Shown here: positions 11,337-19,874 of the stretch, piece by piece | Layout of the letters: each line of letters begins with the position of its first letter | Position numbering within the stretch: the first letter of the stretch is position 1 | Assembly: GCA_043771635.1 (NCBI GenBank) | Contig: JAYVHA010000019.1 | Coordinates: 71,009-135,008, forward strand | Direction: 5' to 3' | Origin: Candidatus Woesearchaeota archaeon | GTDB lineage: Archaea > Nanobdellota > Nanobdellia > Woesearchaeales > SKIA01 | Length of the DNA stretch: 64,000 nt | Position numbers and translations under genes: made by a program | Notes under the pieces: model-generated | What the model saw: only the letters and a program-made list of their open reading frames with translations | Database searches by the model: none | What the model was told of the DNA's origin: nothing

Positions 11337-11713
11337 CGTTTCAGTACAGTTACTCCGGGAAGACCACGGAAGTCGTTGTCGAATGTAAGCAGAGTTGTCT
11401 TCTGTACGTGCGCTGTTGCCAAAATCATTGCATCAACCATGCCGAATTTTGATCGCCGGGAGCGAATATCAGTATACAATACTCCTGCATGCTGAGCAAT
11501 GGTGGCGGAAAGAGGTATAATTGCGCCTAGTTCTTCACAAGCAGCCACAATTTTATTTGTTGCAACACCACTTTTTGCGGCGCGAGAGCAGGCTTCTGCA
11601 ACTGCAGCAGCGCTTATATCGCAAGGACAATGTAAGGCTTCGAAGGCTACCTTTCCGGCTTGCGATCCTTCAAAAATTTCAACGAGAACAGACGTATCAG
11701 GACTCACGATCAT
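11333..11713 (-). CDS. vapC: VapC-family PIN-domain toxin
   Basis: DTSVLVE, AE, GMVDAMILATA, LLTFDNDF acidic tetrad; overlaps upstream antitoxin. Confidence 0.88.
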   Translation of the reverse strand: MIVSPDTSVLVEIFEGSQAGKVAFEALHCPCDISAAAVAEACSRAAKSGVATNKIVAACEELGAIIPLSATIAQHAGVLYTDIRSRRSKFGMVDAMILATAHVQKTTLLTFDNDFRGLPGVTVLKR

Positions 11714-11933
11714 TGCCTCGCAGCCACTCCTTCATTTCGGGAGTCCATGGCCCGATACCAGGAAATAAACCAATCACAGACTTGTAATCGCGCTTAACTT
11801 TTCGTAAGTTCTCCCATTCTACATTGTCTCCGACATTAAGCTCGAGAGAATCAACATACTTTTTTGGGATTCTCACTACTAGCGAACCACCAACCTTGCG
11901 CAAAGTCCCAGTCATTTTTAATCCCTTAACCAT
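11697..11933 (-). CDS. vapB: AbrB/MazE/SpoVT-family antitoxin
   Basis: LRKVGGSLVVRIPK...LEL.VGD.VE swapped-hairpin motif; start at 11933 or 11915. Confidence 0.85.
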   Translation of the reverse strand: MVKGLKMTGTLRKVGGSLVVRIPKKYVDSLELNVGDNVEWENLRKVKRDYKSVIGLFPGIGPWTPEMKEWLRGNDRES

Positions 11934-12024
11934 GCAAAAGTTATACTTATTGTTATATTTATGCATGATGTTTTCGGAAATGTTTCGCTGTGGATGCAAA
12001 CATTCCGAAGTTAGACGAAATACC

Positions 12025-12032
12025 ATTATAAA
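12025..12032 (+). promoter_or_regulatory. TATA box for hisS
   Basis: ATTATAAA starting 30 nt upstream of ATG 12055. Confidence 0.55.
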
Positions 12033-12054
12033 CCCTGAGTAACTTTCCAATCGA

Positions 12055-13326
12055 ATGGTAGAACTAGCCCGCGGCGTACGCGATTTCACAGTTGAAGAAA
12101 TGGAAACACGTATGCGCGTTTTACATATTATTCAGGAACAATTCCGCATCTACGGGTTTGCGCAGCTTGAAACGCCGCTTCTTGAACGCCTCGAAACATT
12201 AAATGCTAAAATGGCGGGCTCCGAGAACACAGACGTAGCAAAAGAAATTTTCCAAGTACAAGATCAAGGCGGCCGAGAACTTGGGCTGCGATATGATTTA
12301 ACAGTGCCCCTTGCACGCTACGTTGCGATGCGAAAAGATTTGCGCATGCCGTTTCGACGCGCAGAAATAGGCCGCGTGTACCGTGATGGACCTATTAAGC
12401 TTGGCAGGTATCGCGAATTTATTCAATGCGACGCAGACATCGTCGGCGCTAGCAGCGCGCTAGCAGACGCAGAATGCTTAATGCTTGCAGACGCAGTCTT
12501 TGCAAAACTAACTGTGCCAGTTACAATATGCGTTAACGACCGCGTCATACTTGACGCGATTTGTAGCAAAGCAAAAATTAACAATCCTACGGACGCAATA
12601 ATTGCAATAGACAAGCTTGCTAAAATTGGCGAGAGCGGCGTGCGCACTGAACTAGAGCAGAAAGGAATTAATCGCGAGCAGTGCGATACGCTTTTCTCAC
12701 TCACAATAATTAAGGGAACGAATGATGGAAAGTTAAAATTTTTAGAGCAGGAACTCGGCGTACCCGCACTAGCGCGAATGCGAGAAGTGCTTGCGATTGT
12801 AGGAGAGCTTGTTGAATTTACGCCTAGCCTCGCGCGCGGCCTTGCATATTACACAGGCATAGTGTATGAAGCTTTTGCACAAGAGTCAGCTGTGAAAAGC
12901 AGCTTGATGGGTGGTGGACGCTACGATAATCTTATAGGAGTTCTCGGCGGCGAGCACCAGCCTGCAGTCGGAATATCATTTGGCATCGAACCCATTTGTG
13001 AAGTAATTAAGGAGCGCACGCCAGACACCCAGCCGAGTGAAACTCGAGTATTTATCGCACCAATCGGGAACACTACCGAGCGCTGCACGGCAATGCTACG
13101 CGCATTGCGAGAACAAGGCGTGCCGACAATAATGGATCTTTCGGGCAGAGGCATTTCAAAGAATATTGAATTTGCAAGTAAGGAAAGAATTCCATACGTA
13201 ATTATTATTGGCGAGAAAGACTTAGCGCAGCACTTAATTACTGTAAAGGATTTAATCTCCGGCGACGAGAAGAAAATCGGTGCGGATGATATAGATCGCG
13301 TACTTTTGGAAGTCGCGCTTCGATAA
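12055..13326 (+). CDS. hisS: Histidyl-tRNA synthetase
   Basis: ARGVRDF, LRYDLTVPLARY, YRDGP..LGRYREF.QCD.D, LARGLAYYTG, GGGRYDNL, anticodon-binding domain. Confidence 0.97.
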   Translation: MVELARGVRDFTVEEMETRMRVLHIIQEQFRIYGFAQLETPLLERLETLNAKMAGSENTDVAKEIFQVQDQGGRELGLRYDLTVPLARYVAMRKDLRMPFRRAEIGRVYRDGPIKLGRYREFIQCDADIVGASSALADAECLMLADAVFAKLTVPVTICVNDRVILDAICSKAKINNPTDAIIAIDKLAKIGESGVRTELEQKGINREQCDTLFSLTIIKGTNDGKLKFLEQELGVPALARMREVLAIVGELVEFTPSLARGLAYYTGIVYEAFAQESAVKSSLMGGGRYDNLIGVLGGEHQPAVGISFGIEPICEVIKERTPDTQPSETRVFIAPIGNTTERCTAMLRALREQGVPTIMDLSGRGISKNIEFASKERIPYVIIIGEKDLAQHLITVKDLISGDEKKIGADDIDRVLLEVALR

Positions 13327-14217
13327 TTATAAGGTATCCCTCGTGTACGCGATGCAACCGTCTTTCGTAATAATTACGCTGTGTTCGTGCTGACTAACAA
13401 GACCTTTCTTAATTTCAACAAGCGGCGGATAAGATTCTAACGCACCTACTTGCAGAAGTTCTCGAATACCGATTTCGGCTTGCTTTTGCGGCATAGGTAG
13501 CCAGTGCGTAGTAAATGGCAAGCCTTTGTACTTACCGATAGCATCTTGCACTGCCCGCGCGAATGGGCTGCGCACCGGCTTTCGCATAATAACACTGTAA
13601 ATGTTCGCATGATCCTGTTCAGCCACCATGCCAGCGCCAGTAGTTGCGAAAGGTTCAACTGCCACAACCATGCCTTCTTTTAGAACAGTTTTGTCGCCGT
13701 TATCATAGTTTGGAATACTTGGACTATCGTGAATAACATACGGCGCAAGTCCGTGCCCGCTGAGGTTGCGAAGAGGTTTGAATCCTGCTTCAGTAATGGT
13801 GTCTTCCACAAGTTTGCCTATTGTACGTAGTTCAACACCTGGCTTCATCATAGCCACAGCAGCATTACACGCGTCACGGCTCGCAGCTACCAGGGCTGCG
13901 TTGTCACCGAGGTCAACTGTGATTGCAGTGTCAGCAATGTAGCCTTGCACGTGTACACCAAGGTCGAGCTTACATAAGTCTCCCGCGCTAAAAGCACTGG
14001 CGTCATCAGGATCGCTGCAGTAGTGCGCCGCAATATGGTTCACAGAGATTTGAGTTGGAAATGCAGGCTCTCCCCCAAGTTCTCGAATTTTCGCGTCTAC
14101 AGCTTTACTTACAGATAAGTTGCTCGCACCAATTACAATTAAGTTCACGCCGTAAGCGCGCGCTTGCGCACAGATTTTTCCTGCTTGCATGTACAGGGCT
14201 TGCTCTTCAGAGTCCAT
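13327..14217 (-). CDS. map: Methionine aminopeptidase type II
   Basis: AFP..ISVN.IAAHY, KLDLGVHV.GYIADTA, NLSGH, AVEPFAT, SQHEHS; type II helical insert; start at ATG 14217. Confidence 0.95.
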   Translation of the reverse strand: MDSEEQALYMQAGKICAQARAYGVNLIVIGASNLSVSKAVDAKIRELGGEPAFPTQISVNHIAAHYCSDPDDASAFSAGDLCKLDLGVHVQGYIADTAITVDLGDNAALVAASRDACNAAVAMMKPGVELRTIGKLVEDTITEAGFKPLRNLSGHGLAPYVIHDSPSIPNYDNGDKTVLKEGMVVAVEPFATTGAGMVAEQDHANIYSVIMRKPVRSPFARAVQDAIGKYKGLPFTTHWLPMPQKQAEIGIRELLQVGALESYPPLVEIKKGLVSQHEHSVIITKDGCIAYTRDTL

Positions 14218-14247
14218 AGGTTTTGGCAATTTACGAGGCTTAAGTAC

Positions 14248-14844
14248 CTATCGCTCAGGTTGCCTTATTGGCAGTAAAAATGTACCAGCATCACGCTGCA
14301 AAATAATCCGACGTTCTTTTGATTTACAACTCAGCGAATAAAGTGATTCAGCATAGACCCCAAAATATGGAGGCGCAATTGTTACCAACCCGTAAGGGTC
14401 AACACCGTAGTGAGTTAATTTGTCCACCGTTTCGGCGCTGGATGCGTACTCGCTTGCGCCAAGAATTATCCCTTCTGTAAGCGCATGAACAATTAGCGAA
14501 TTTGTTGGTGCAAAATCAGGAGTTTCATCCAAACTAATCTGAAGAACGCTTGGCGTCGGCATGGCAATGCCAGCATATAACCCCGGATGTATAACTGCAG
14601 CCACAGAGGCGACACGCTCTCCAGTACTCAAGTATATGGGGACAACATCCGTGTCGCCAAGTAGCGCAGGGCTTCCTGCAATTAAGGGTAAGCTTCGCGC
14701 TAGTTTATCGTATTTTAGGACTTTAACAGCGTCCCCATCATTATCCCAGTGGCCTTCAGCTAAAGTTTCGAGCGCTGCGCGAGCTGCCGACGTAGTTGCT
14801 TTCACAGACTTTGAAATTGCTGCAGGTAACCTATTGTCAATCAT
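14248..14844 (-). CDS. Hypothetical protein, possibly a degenerate type I phosphoribosyltransferase fold
   Basis: 198-aa ORF co-oriented with map; C-terminal half loosely follows the PRTase pattern but lacks the acidic PRPP-binding pair. Confidence 0.55.
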   Translation of the reverse strand: MIDNRLPAAISKSVKATTSAARAALETLAEGHWDNDGDAVKVLKYDKLARSLPLIAGSPALLGDTDVVPIYLSTGERVASVAAVIHPGLYAGIAMPTPSVLQISLDETPDFAPTNSLIVHALTEGIILGASEYASSAETVDKLTHYGVDPYGLVTIAPPYFGVYAESLYSLSCKSKERRIILQRDAGTFLLPIRQPER

Positions 14845-14845
14845 A

Positions 14846-15313
14846 TTAGTACACTATTGCCACTACTACGCGAGTGATGTCGTCAAAGCGAATTTTGCCA
14901 GCGTCTGGCGTTGCGTTATTGTCACCCTTTACAATGAAATACCAACCTTCTGCGTCAATATTTTTTTCAATAACGCGGTGAATAATTAGGCGATCACCTC
15001 TCTTGTATGTGACGATGTCGCCAACTTCAATGTCGTTAACACTTTTTGGTTCGATCTGAATTGCGTTTGCGCCCTTATCAAAAATCGGATCCATACTGTT
15101 AGTATCTGCAAACGTAGCCCACTTGGCACCTTCCAGGTTTAGGACGACTTTGTCAGGTAAGACTTGAATGTTACTTTCTGATATACGATCTTGCGGACTA
15201 ATACGCTCAGGCGCAGCGCCGAGAGGGTATTGTACACTGCTATACAGCTGCGTGCTTAAGAGTCCAATTAGGAAACCGATCGCGACAAGGATGGCACCAT
15301 TCAGGAGTTTCAT
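14846..15313 (-). CDS. Signal peptidase I, archaeal/ER (Sec11/SipW-like) type
   Basis: N-terminal TM; TNSMDP (Ser), VGDIV, IIHRV (His), KGDNN...D. Confidence 0.88.
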   Translation of the reverse strand: MKLLNGAILVAIGFLIGLLSTQLYSSVQYPLGAAPERISPQDRISESNIQVLPDKVVLNLEGAKWATFADTNSMDPIFDKGANAIQIEPKSVNDIEVGDIVTYKRGDRLIIHRVIEKNIDAEGWYFIVKGDNNATPDAGKIRFDDITRVVVAIVY

Positions 15314-15352
15314 AACTATCTAGTAGTATCAGATACTTATATTCTTTTGGAA

Positions 15353-15402
15353 TTTAACTACTTATTAAGAGTTAATTTATAAATTTACTATATAGTAAAT
15401 AA
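15353..15402 (-). promoter_or_regulatory. Tandem palindromic operator candidates upstream of the signal peptidase
   Basis: ACTACT-TATT-AAGAGT (15357-15372) and perfect palindrome ATTTACTATATAGTAAAT (15383-15400). Confidence 0.6.
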
Positions 15403-15414
15403 TGCTCGTTCGAG

Positions 15415-15481
15415 TAAATTTAAACCCGACCTGAAACCAGCCCGCACCTAATTTGAGCTCGACCTGAATTCAACTTAAACC
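15415..15481. repeat. Four degenerate 16-17 bp tandem units
   Basis: TAAATTTAAACCCGACC / TGAAACCAGCCCGCACC / TAATTTGAGCTCGACC / TGAATTCAACTTAAACC. Confidence 0.45.
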
Positions 15482-15495
15482 ACCATATACTATAG

Positions 15496-16050
15496 TTAAG
15501 TGCGTTTACGGTGTCGCCAGAATAGCCATACGCAAGAAACAACGATGGCCCCAATGGTGTCCGCAACTAAATCAAGCATACTGTCACCGTAAGTAGTTGG
15601 CATGAACTCTGGACGAATAACATGAAATATCCACTCGAAGACTTCCCAACCCCCACCTATCGCAAGCGCGAACACTACAGCAGCAACTGCGCGTGCGCGT
15701 AAATCCTGAACCCAAGTAGCAGCAATAGCTAGACCTACTAATGCGAGAAGCGCGCCGCCTGTCGCATGAAAGACTTTGTCAAGCCCAAACACCGAACTCT
15801 CCATCTGCATACCCATGCCCGGCGCATTCCAAGACAAGATAAAGAACGCAAGAATTAGCGCATCGAGAGCCCCATAGTGTTCGTGATCGCGCCCTAAAAG
15901 TGAGAAAATATACGCAACAAACCATATACACCCGTAGAACGCAGCGTTGAATATATTTCCGCGAAGTAAATCAAAAAGTACAAGAAAACCTAGTACTGCG
16001 CGAAGCGAAAAAACAAACAAGTCAAGCCAATTCTTGCGTGCAGAATTCAC
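15496..16050 (-). CDS. Membrane protein, DUF2238/VanZ-like
   Basis: About 5-6 TM segments; DKVFH, GGWEVFEW, DSMLDLVAD. Confidence 0.7.
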   Translation of the reverse strand: MNSARKNWLDLFVFSLRAVLGFLVLFDLLRGNIFNAAFYGCIWFVAYIFSLLGRDHEHYGALDALILAFFILSWNAPGMGMQMESSVFGLDKVFHATGGALLALVGLAIAATWVQDLRARAVAAVVFALAIGGGWEVFEWIFHVIRPEFMPTTYGDSMLDLVADTIGAIVVSCVWLFWRHRKRT

Positions 16051-16685
16051 GAAACGACCACATCATATCCACGATTAGGCTCAAGCCAGAATTGTACGTG
16101 TTCCGAGCGACCAGTTAATTCAATCACTACTCGAGTACGCTCACGCAGAGGCTCTACGCTATCGAAATTTACTGGAATACCTACTGCCCCCCCATTTTTA
16201 ACAACTGCACTTGACGACGCAAGGACTGTTTCAGACTTCGAGTCGTAGGCAGTTACCGTGTAAGGATAAGATATATCGCGACCTTCGGAATTTCTTAGGC
16301 CAACCATACCCCGCACACGCACTGCAGGCACAAGCTCCACCGAAGCGATACGCGAAGCGTAAACAGTACTGTTTAAGCGCTCCAGCACAGGATAACCTCG
16401 AAGTAAGTAAGTTATTGTAGTATTAGATTCGTATCCGACTGGAAGCCGCACACGCTCAACAGTCGTGATGTTAGTTGCATACCTAGCAACAATACGCTCG
16501 GCAGGAAGTCCGCTCACAAAAATAGGCGTTACATAAACGCCACCGAAAACGGGCGCAGGCGCCAAATAAGCGCGATGATCAAGAAGCCATAATTCAGTTA
16601 CTGGCTCGATACTAGATGTGACAAATAACGCCACCACCAAAACCAACCCACCCAATATACCAAGAACAATGCTTGTTTGATTCAT
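16047..16685 (-). CDS. Membrane-anchored protein, DUF1616-like
   Basis: N-terminal TM followed by EPVTELWLL; C-terminal Ig-like part ending HVQFWL; glycan-locus context. Confidence 0.55.
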   Translation of the reverse strand: MNQTSIVLGILGGLVLVVALFVTSSIEPVTELWLLDHRAYLAPAPVFGGVYVTPIFVSGLPAERIVARYATNITTVERVRLPVGYESNTTITYLLRGYPVLERLNSTVYASRIASVELVPAVRVRGMVGLRNSEGRDISYPYTVTAYDSKSETVLASSSAVVKNGGAVGIPVNFDSVEPLRERTRVVIELTGRSEHVQFWLEPNRGYDVVVS

Positions 16686-16756
16686 AGTGAATGAGAACTG
16701 GCAGAGATTATAAATGCCTCTTTATCGCTACTCAGTAATAACAACACATAGAAACA

Positions 16757-16764
16757 TTTATAAA
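16757..16764 (+). promoter_or_regulatory. TATA box of the glycosyltransferase operon
   Basis: TTTATAAA upstream of ATG 16796. Confidence 0.55.
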
Positions 16765-16795
16765 TAGATATCGCTCGACGCGCAATAAGACTTAT

Positions 16796-17953
16796 ATGGC
16801 GCGCACATCCAAACCCCTTGAAGTTTCTGTAGTTATTCCGTGTTTAAATGAAGAAAAAACACTGGCCAACGTTATTCGAAAAGCGTTTGCAGCATTCAAA
16901 ACGCACGGCATAACAGGCGAAGTTGTAGTTTCAGACAATGGATCAACCGACAGATCAGTTGCGATTGCGACTAAAGAAGGCGCACGGGTTGTGCACCAAT
17001 CCTTGCGAGGCTATGGAAACGCATACCTCAAAGGATTTGCAGAAGCCAACGGCAAATACTTAGTGATGGCGGATGCGGACGACACATACGACATTAACCT
17101 ACTTAACGAGTTCGTCCAACCTTTACGTGAAGGCTACGAATTTGTAATTGGCGACCGATTTCAAGGCATCATAGACGAAGGAGCAATGCCGTGGCACCAC
17201 TATTGGATCGGCAACCCAGCACTCTCATTTGCGCAGCGAGTACTTTTCAATAATAATATTCGCGACAGCCACTGCGGCATGCGCGCGTTCACAAAAGCTG
17301 CGTACGATCGACTAGAACTACACACTACAGGCATGGAATTTGCAAGCGAAATGGTAATTCGTGCAAGCCAGGAAAAACTTAAAATTAAACAATTACCAAC
17401 CAATCTCCACGCAAGGCCAAGCGGCAGCCACAGTAAACTTAGTAGCTGGCGCGACGGCTGGCGACATCTTCGCTTTATGCTAATGTACTCACCGTTGTAC
17501 TTATTTCTAATACCTGGTTCACTACTAATACTATTCGGAGGATTCATTCTGGGCCTGCTAGCAAAAGGACCTGCTACATTACTAGGATTTACTTTCATTA
17601 TCCACCCTATGATTCTTGGCGCCATGCTAGTAATTCTAGGTTACCAAACAATAATGTTCGGCCTGTTGACAAAGGCGTATAGATTAACAAGCTTCGGAAA
17701 ACAAGCGGAACGCGACTCTTTCGACCACCTCACAACTTATCTTTCAGTAGACCGCGGACTTATCGCAGGTGGCGTAATTGCAGCCATAGGTATTGGATTG
17801 TGCGCGTGGGTGCTCAGTACTTGGATGAACAGTAACTTTGGAAATCTGGAGCACATTCGCACAGTTATAATTGCAATGACCTTGATTGTAGTAGGCGCGC
17901 AAACCATGTTTTCCGCGTTCTTCCTTGGAATCTTGTCTGTTCAACACAGGTAA
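16796..17953 (+). CDS. GT2 glycosyltransferase, polyprenol-phosphate glycosyltransferase (DPM1/GtrB-like) with C-terminal TM helices
   Basis: VVIPCLNEE, SDNGSTD, GYGNAY, MADADDTYD, DSHCGMRAF, GMEFASEM, SKL..WRDGWRHL. Confidence 0.92.
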   Translation: MARTSKPLEVSVVIPCLNEEKTLANVIRKAFAAFKTHGITGEVVVSDNGSTDRSVAIATKEGARVVHQSLRGYGNAYLKGFAEANGKYLVMADADDTYDINLLNEFVQPLREGYEFVIGDRFQGIIDEGAMPWHHYWIGNPALSFAQRVLFNNNIRDSHCGMRAFTKAAYDRLELHTTGMEFASEMVIRASQEKLKIKQLPTNLHARPSGSHSKLSSWRDGWRHLRFMLMYSPLYLFLIPGSLLILFGGFILGLLAKGPATLLGFTFIIHPMILGAMLVILGYQTIMFGLLTKAYRLTSFGKQAERDSFDHLTTYLSVDRGLIAGGVIAAIGIGLCAWVLSTWMNSNFGNLEHIRTVIIAMTLIVVGAQTMFSAFFLGILSVQHR

Positions 17954-17958
17954 AAACT

Positions 17959-19110
17959 ATGGCCGCATCCTCCAAACGGCGTGAGCAGCCGCGAGGATTA
18001 CGAATACTAATAGTTACACACTACGCGTATCCTCACTCTGGCGGGATTGAACAAGCAACTTTCAATCAAGCGCGCGCACTGGTTCGTGCAGGCAATAATG
18101 TCACAATTGTCTCAAGCAACATTCCTGAAAGTCAAACAGAAGAAACAGTTGAAGGCGTAAAATTTGTTCGAGTCCCTGCGTCACGTATTCTTGAGCAGGG
18201 CAGCGGCGTACCATATACAGTATTTTCGCGCGCGCTAGGGAAAGAACTTTACAAGCTTATTCCGAACTGTGACGTGGTTCACGTTCATGGAAGCCTGTAT
18301 CACAGTACCTGGACTGCAATCCGAATTGCAAAGCGCTACAAAAAACCTGTCGTACTGACTGAGCACGTGGGTAAAGTTCCATACACGAATCCAATACTAA
18401 AAGGAATTCAGCATGCGGCGTACGCTGTTGCAGGCGCGCGCGCGCTTCGTAGCGCGGACAGAGTAATAGTACTAACGGATGAAGTACGCGCGCACGTAGA
18501 AGCACTCCGAGGAACGTCAGAAGGAGTGAAACTAATAGCCAACGGAATTGATACTACATTTTTTAGTCCAGCTTCTAGCGTAACCAAAAATAAAATTAAA
18601 GCAGGACTAAAAGTACCTAAAGAGTCATCACTAATCGTATTCAATGGACGCCTCATTGAAAAGAAAGGTTTCCAGTATGTGCTTGATGCGCTGACAGATA
18701 AAGACTATGCGATATGCATCGGCAGCGGCGCAGCCCCGCAAAAATATCTTACGCAAAGTAACTGCTGGTTTGTTGGCACTGTTTCACAAGCGCAAGTGCG
18801 CGACATACTGCGCGCTGCAGACTGTTTTGCACTACCATCCGTCGGAGAAGGCTTTCCTGTCGCAACTATGGAAGCGCTTGCCGTCGGAGTGCCCTGCGTG
18901 CTCTCGAACACACAAAGTAATAACCACTATGTACCAAAAAGCGCCGCAATTTTTGTTGATTGTACTGCGCCAAGCGTGCAGCAAGGCATCGCCAATGCCA
19001 AGAAGCGCAGCGGCGCACTAAGCAAAGCTGCACGATTGTTAGCTACAAAAACTATGAGTATTGAGCGCAGCGCCGCGCAACTTCAGCAAATATACCACGA
19101 GGTCGCATGA
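17959..19110 (+). CDS. GT4 glycosyltransferase
   Basis: YPHSGGIE, IANGID, GRLIEKKG, EGFPVATMEALAVG. Confidence 0.92.
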   Translation: MAASSKRREQPRGLRILIVTHYAYPHSGGIEQATFNQARALVRAGNNVTIVSSNIPESQTEETVEGVKFVRVPASRILEQGSGVPYTVFSRALGKELYKLIPNCDVVHVHGSLYHSTWTAIRIAKRYKKPVVLTEHVGKVPYTNPILKGIQHAAYAVAGARALRSADRVIVLTDEVRAHVEALRGTSEGVKLIANGIDTTFFSPASSVTKNKIKAGLKVPKESSLIVFNGRLIEKKGFQYVLDALTDKDYAICIGSGAAPQKYLTQSNCWFVGTVSQAQVRDILRAADCFALPSVGEGFPVATMEALAVGVPCVLSNTQSNNHYVPKSAAIFVDCTAPSVQQGIANAKKRSGALSKAARLLATKTMSIERSAAQLQQIYHEVA

Positions 19111-19874
19111 AGCCAAAATTAGTAGCAAAGAAAATTGCTTTGAAACCGACAATATATGTGACTACCAGCTGGGATGATGGTCATAAACTTGATGTTCGCC
19201 TCGCAGCACTTTTGCGTAAGTACAACATGCCAGGCACCTTTTTTATTTCTCCATTCGACCGCGAGTTTAAGCAGGAAGATTTGCTAACGACAAAAGAAAT
19301 AATTGGGATAGCCAAAGACTTTGAAATTGGCGCGCACACTATGACGCATCCAGTACTTACTCGCGTTCCACTCTCCCAGGCAAAGCAGGAGATTGTTGAA
19401 AGCAGAAAATACCTTCAAAAAATCACAAAGCAACCAGTGTATACGTTTTGCTATCCGCGCGGCGCGTTTTCGCAAGCCCACGCAGATATTGTGCGAGACG
19501 CAGGTTTCAGAACCGCGCGTACAGTAAGTCGGCACCGAACGACTCTGGGCACGGATCCAATGCACGTGCCAACCACTATACATGGATACAAACACTACAG
19601 CGATATTTTCCACATAATAAAAGGAAGCCACCTCTCGCTTCCAACACTTGTTCGCCGATTCCTAAACTGGGATCAACTAGCGATAGAATTGTTTGACGAA
19701 TTACGCACAGCAAACAAACAAGCAGTATTCCATTTATGGGGTCACAGCTGGGAACTCGATAATAATAGCGATTGGGAGCGCCTCGAGAGAGTACTTAACC
19801 ACATAAGTAAATTGCCAGACGTTTATTACGGAACAAACGATGCTATAGCTCGCGTGCGAGGATTTAATGAATAG
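19107..19874 (+). CDS. Polysaccharide deacetylase (CE4/NodB)
   Basis: TTSWDDG, EIGAHTMTHP, FCYPRG, HLWGHSWE. Confidence 0.92.
   Translation: MKPKLVAKKIALKPTIYVTTSWDDGHKLDVRLAALLRKYNMPGTFFISPFDREFKQEDLLTTKEIIGIAKDFEIGAHTMTHPVLTRVPLSQAKQEIVESRKYLQKITKQPVYTFCYPRGAFSQAHADIVRDAGFRTARTVSRHRTTLGTDPMHVPTTIHGYKHYSDIFHIIKGSHLSLPTLVRRFLNWDQLAIELFDELRTANKQAVFHLWGHSWELDNNSDWERLERVLNHISKLPDVYYGTNDAIARVRGFNE

Noticed and set aside
11934-12089. 130-aa version of the antitoxin
   Set aside because: Would overlap the hisS start and both promoters; the AbrB fold starts at 11933/11915
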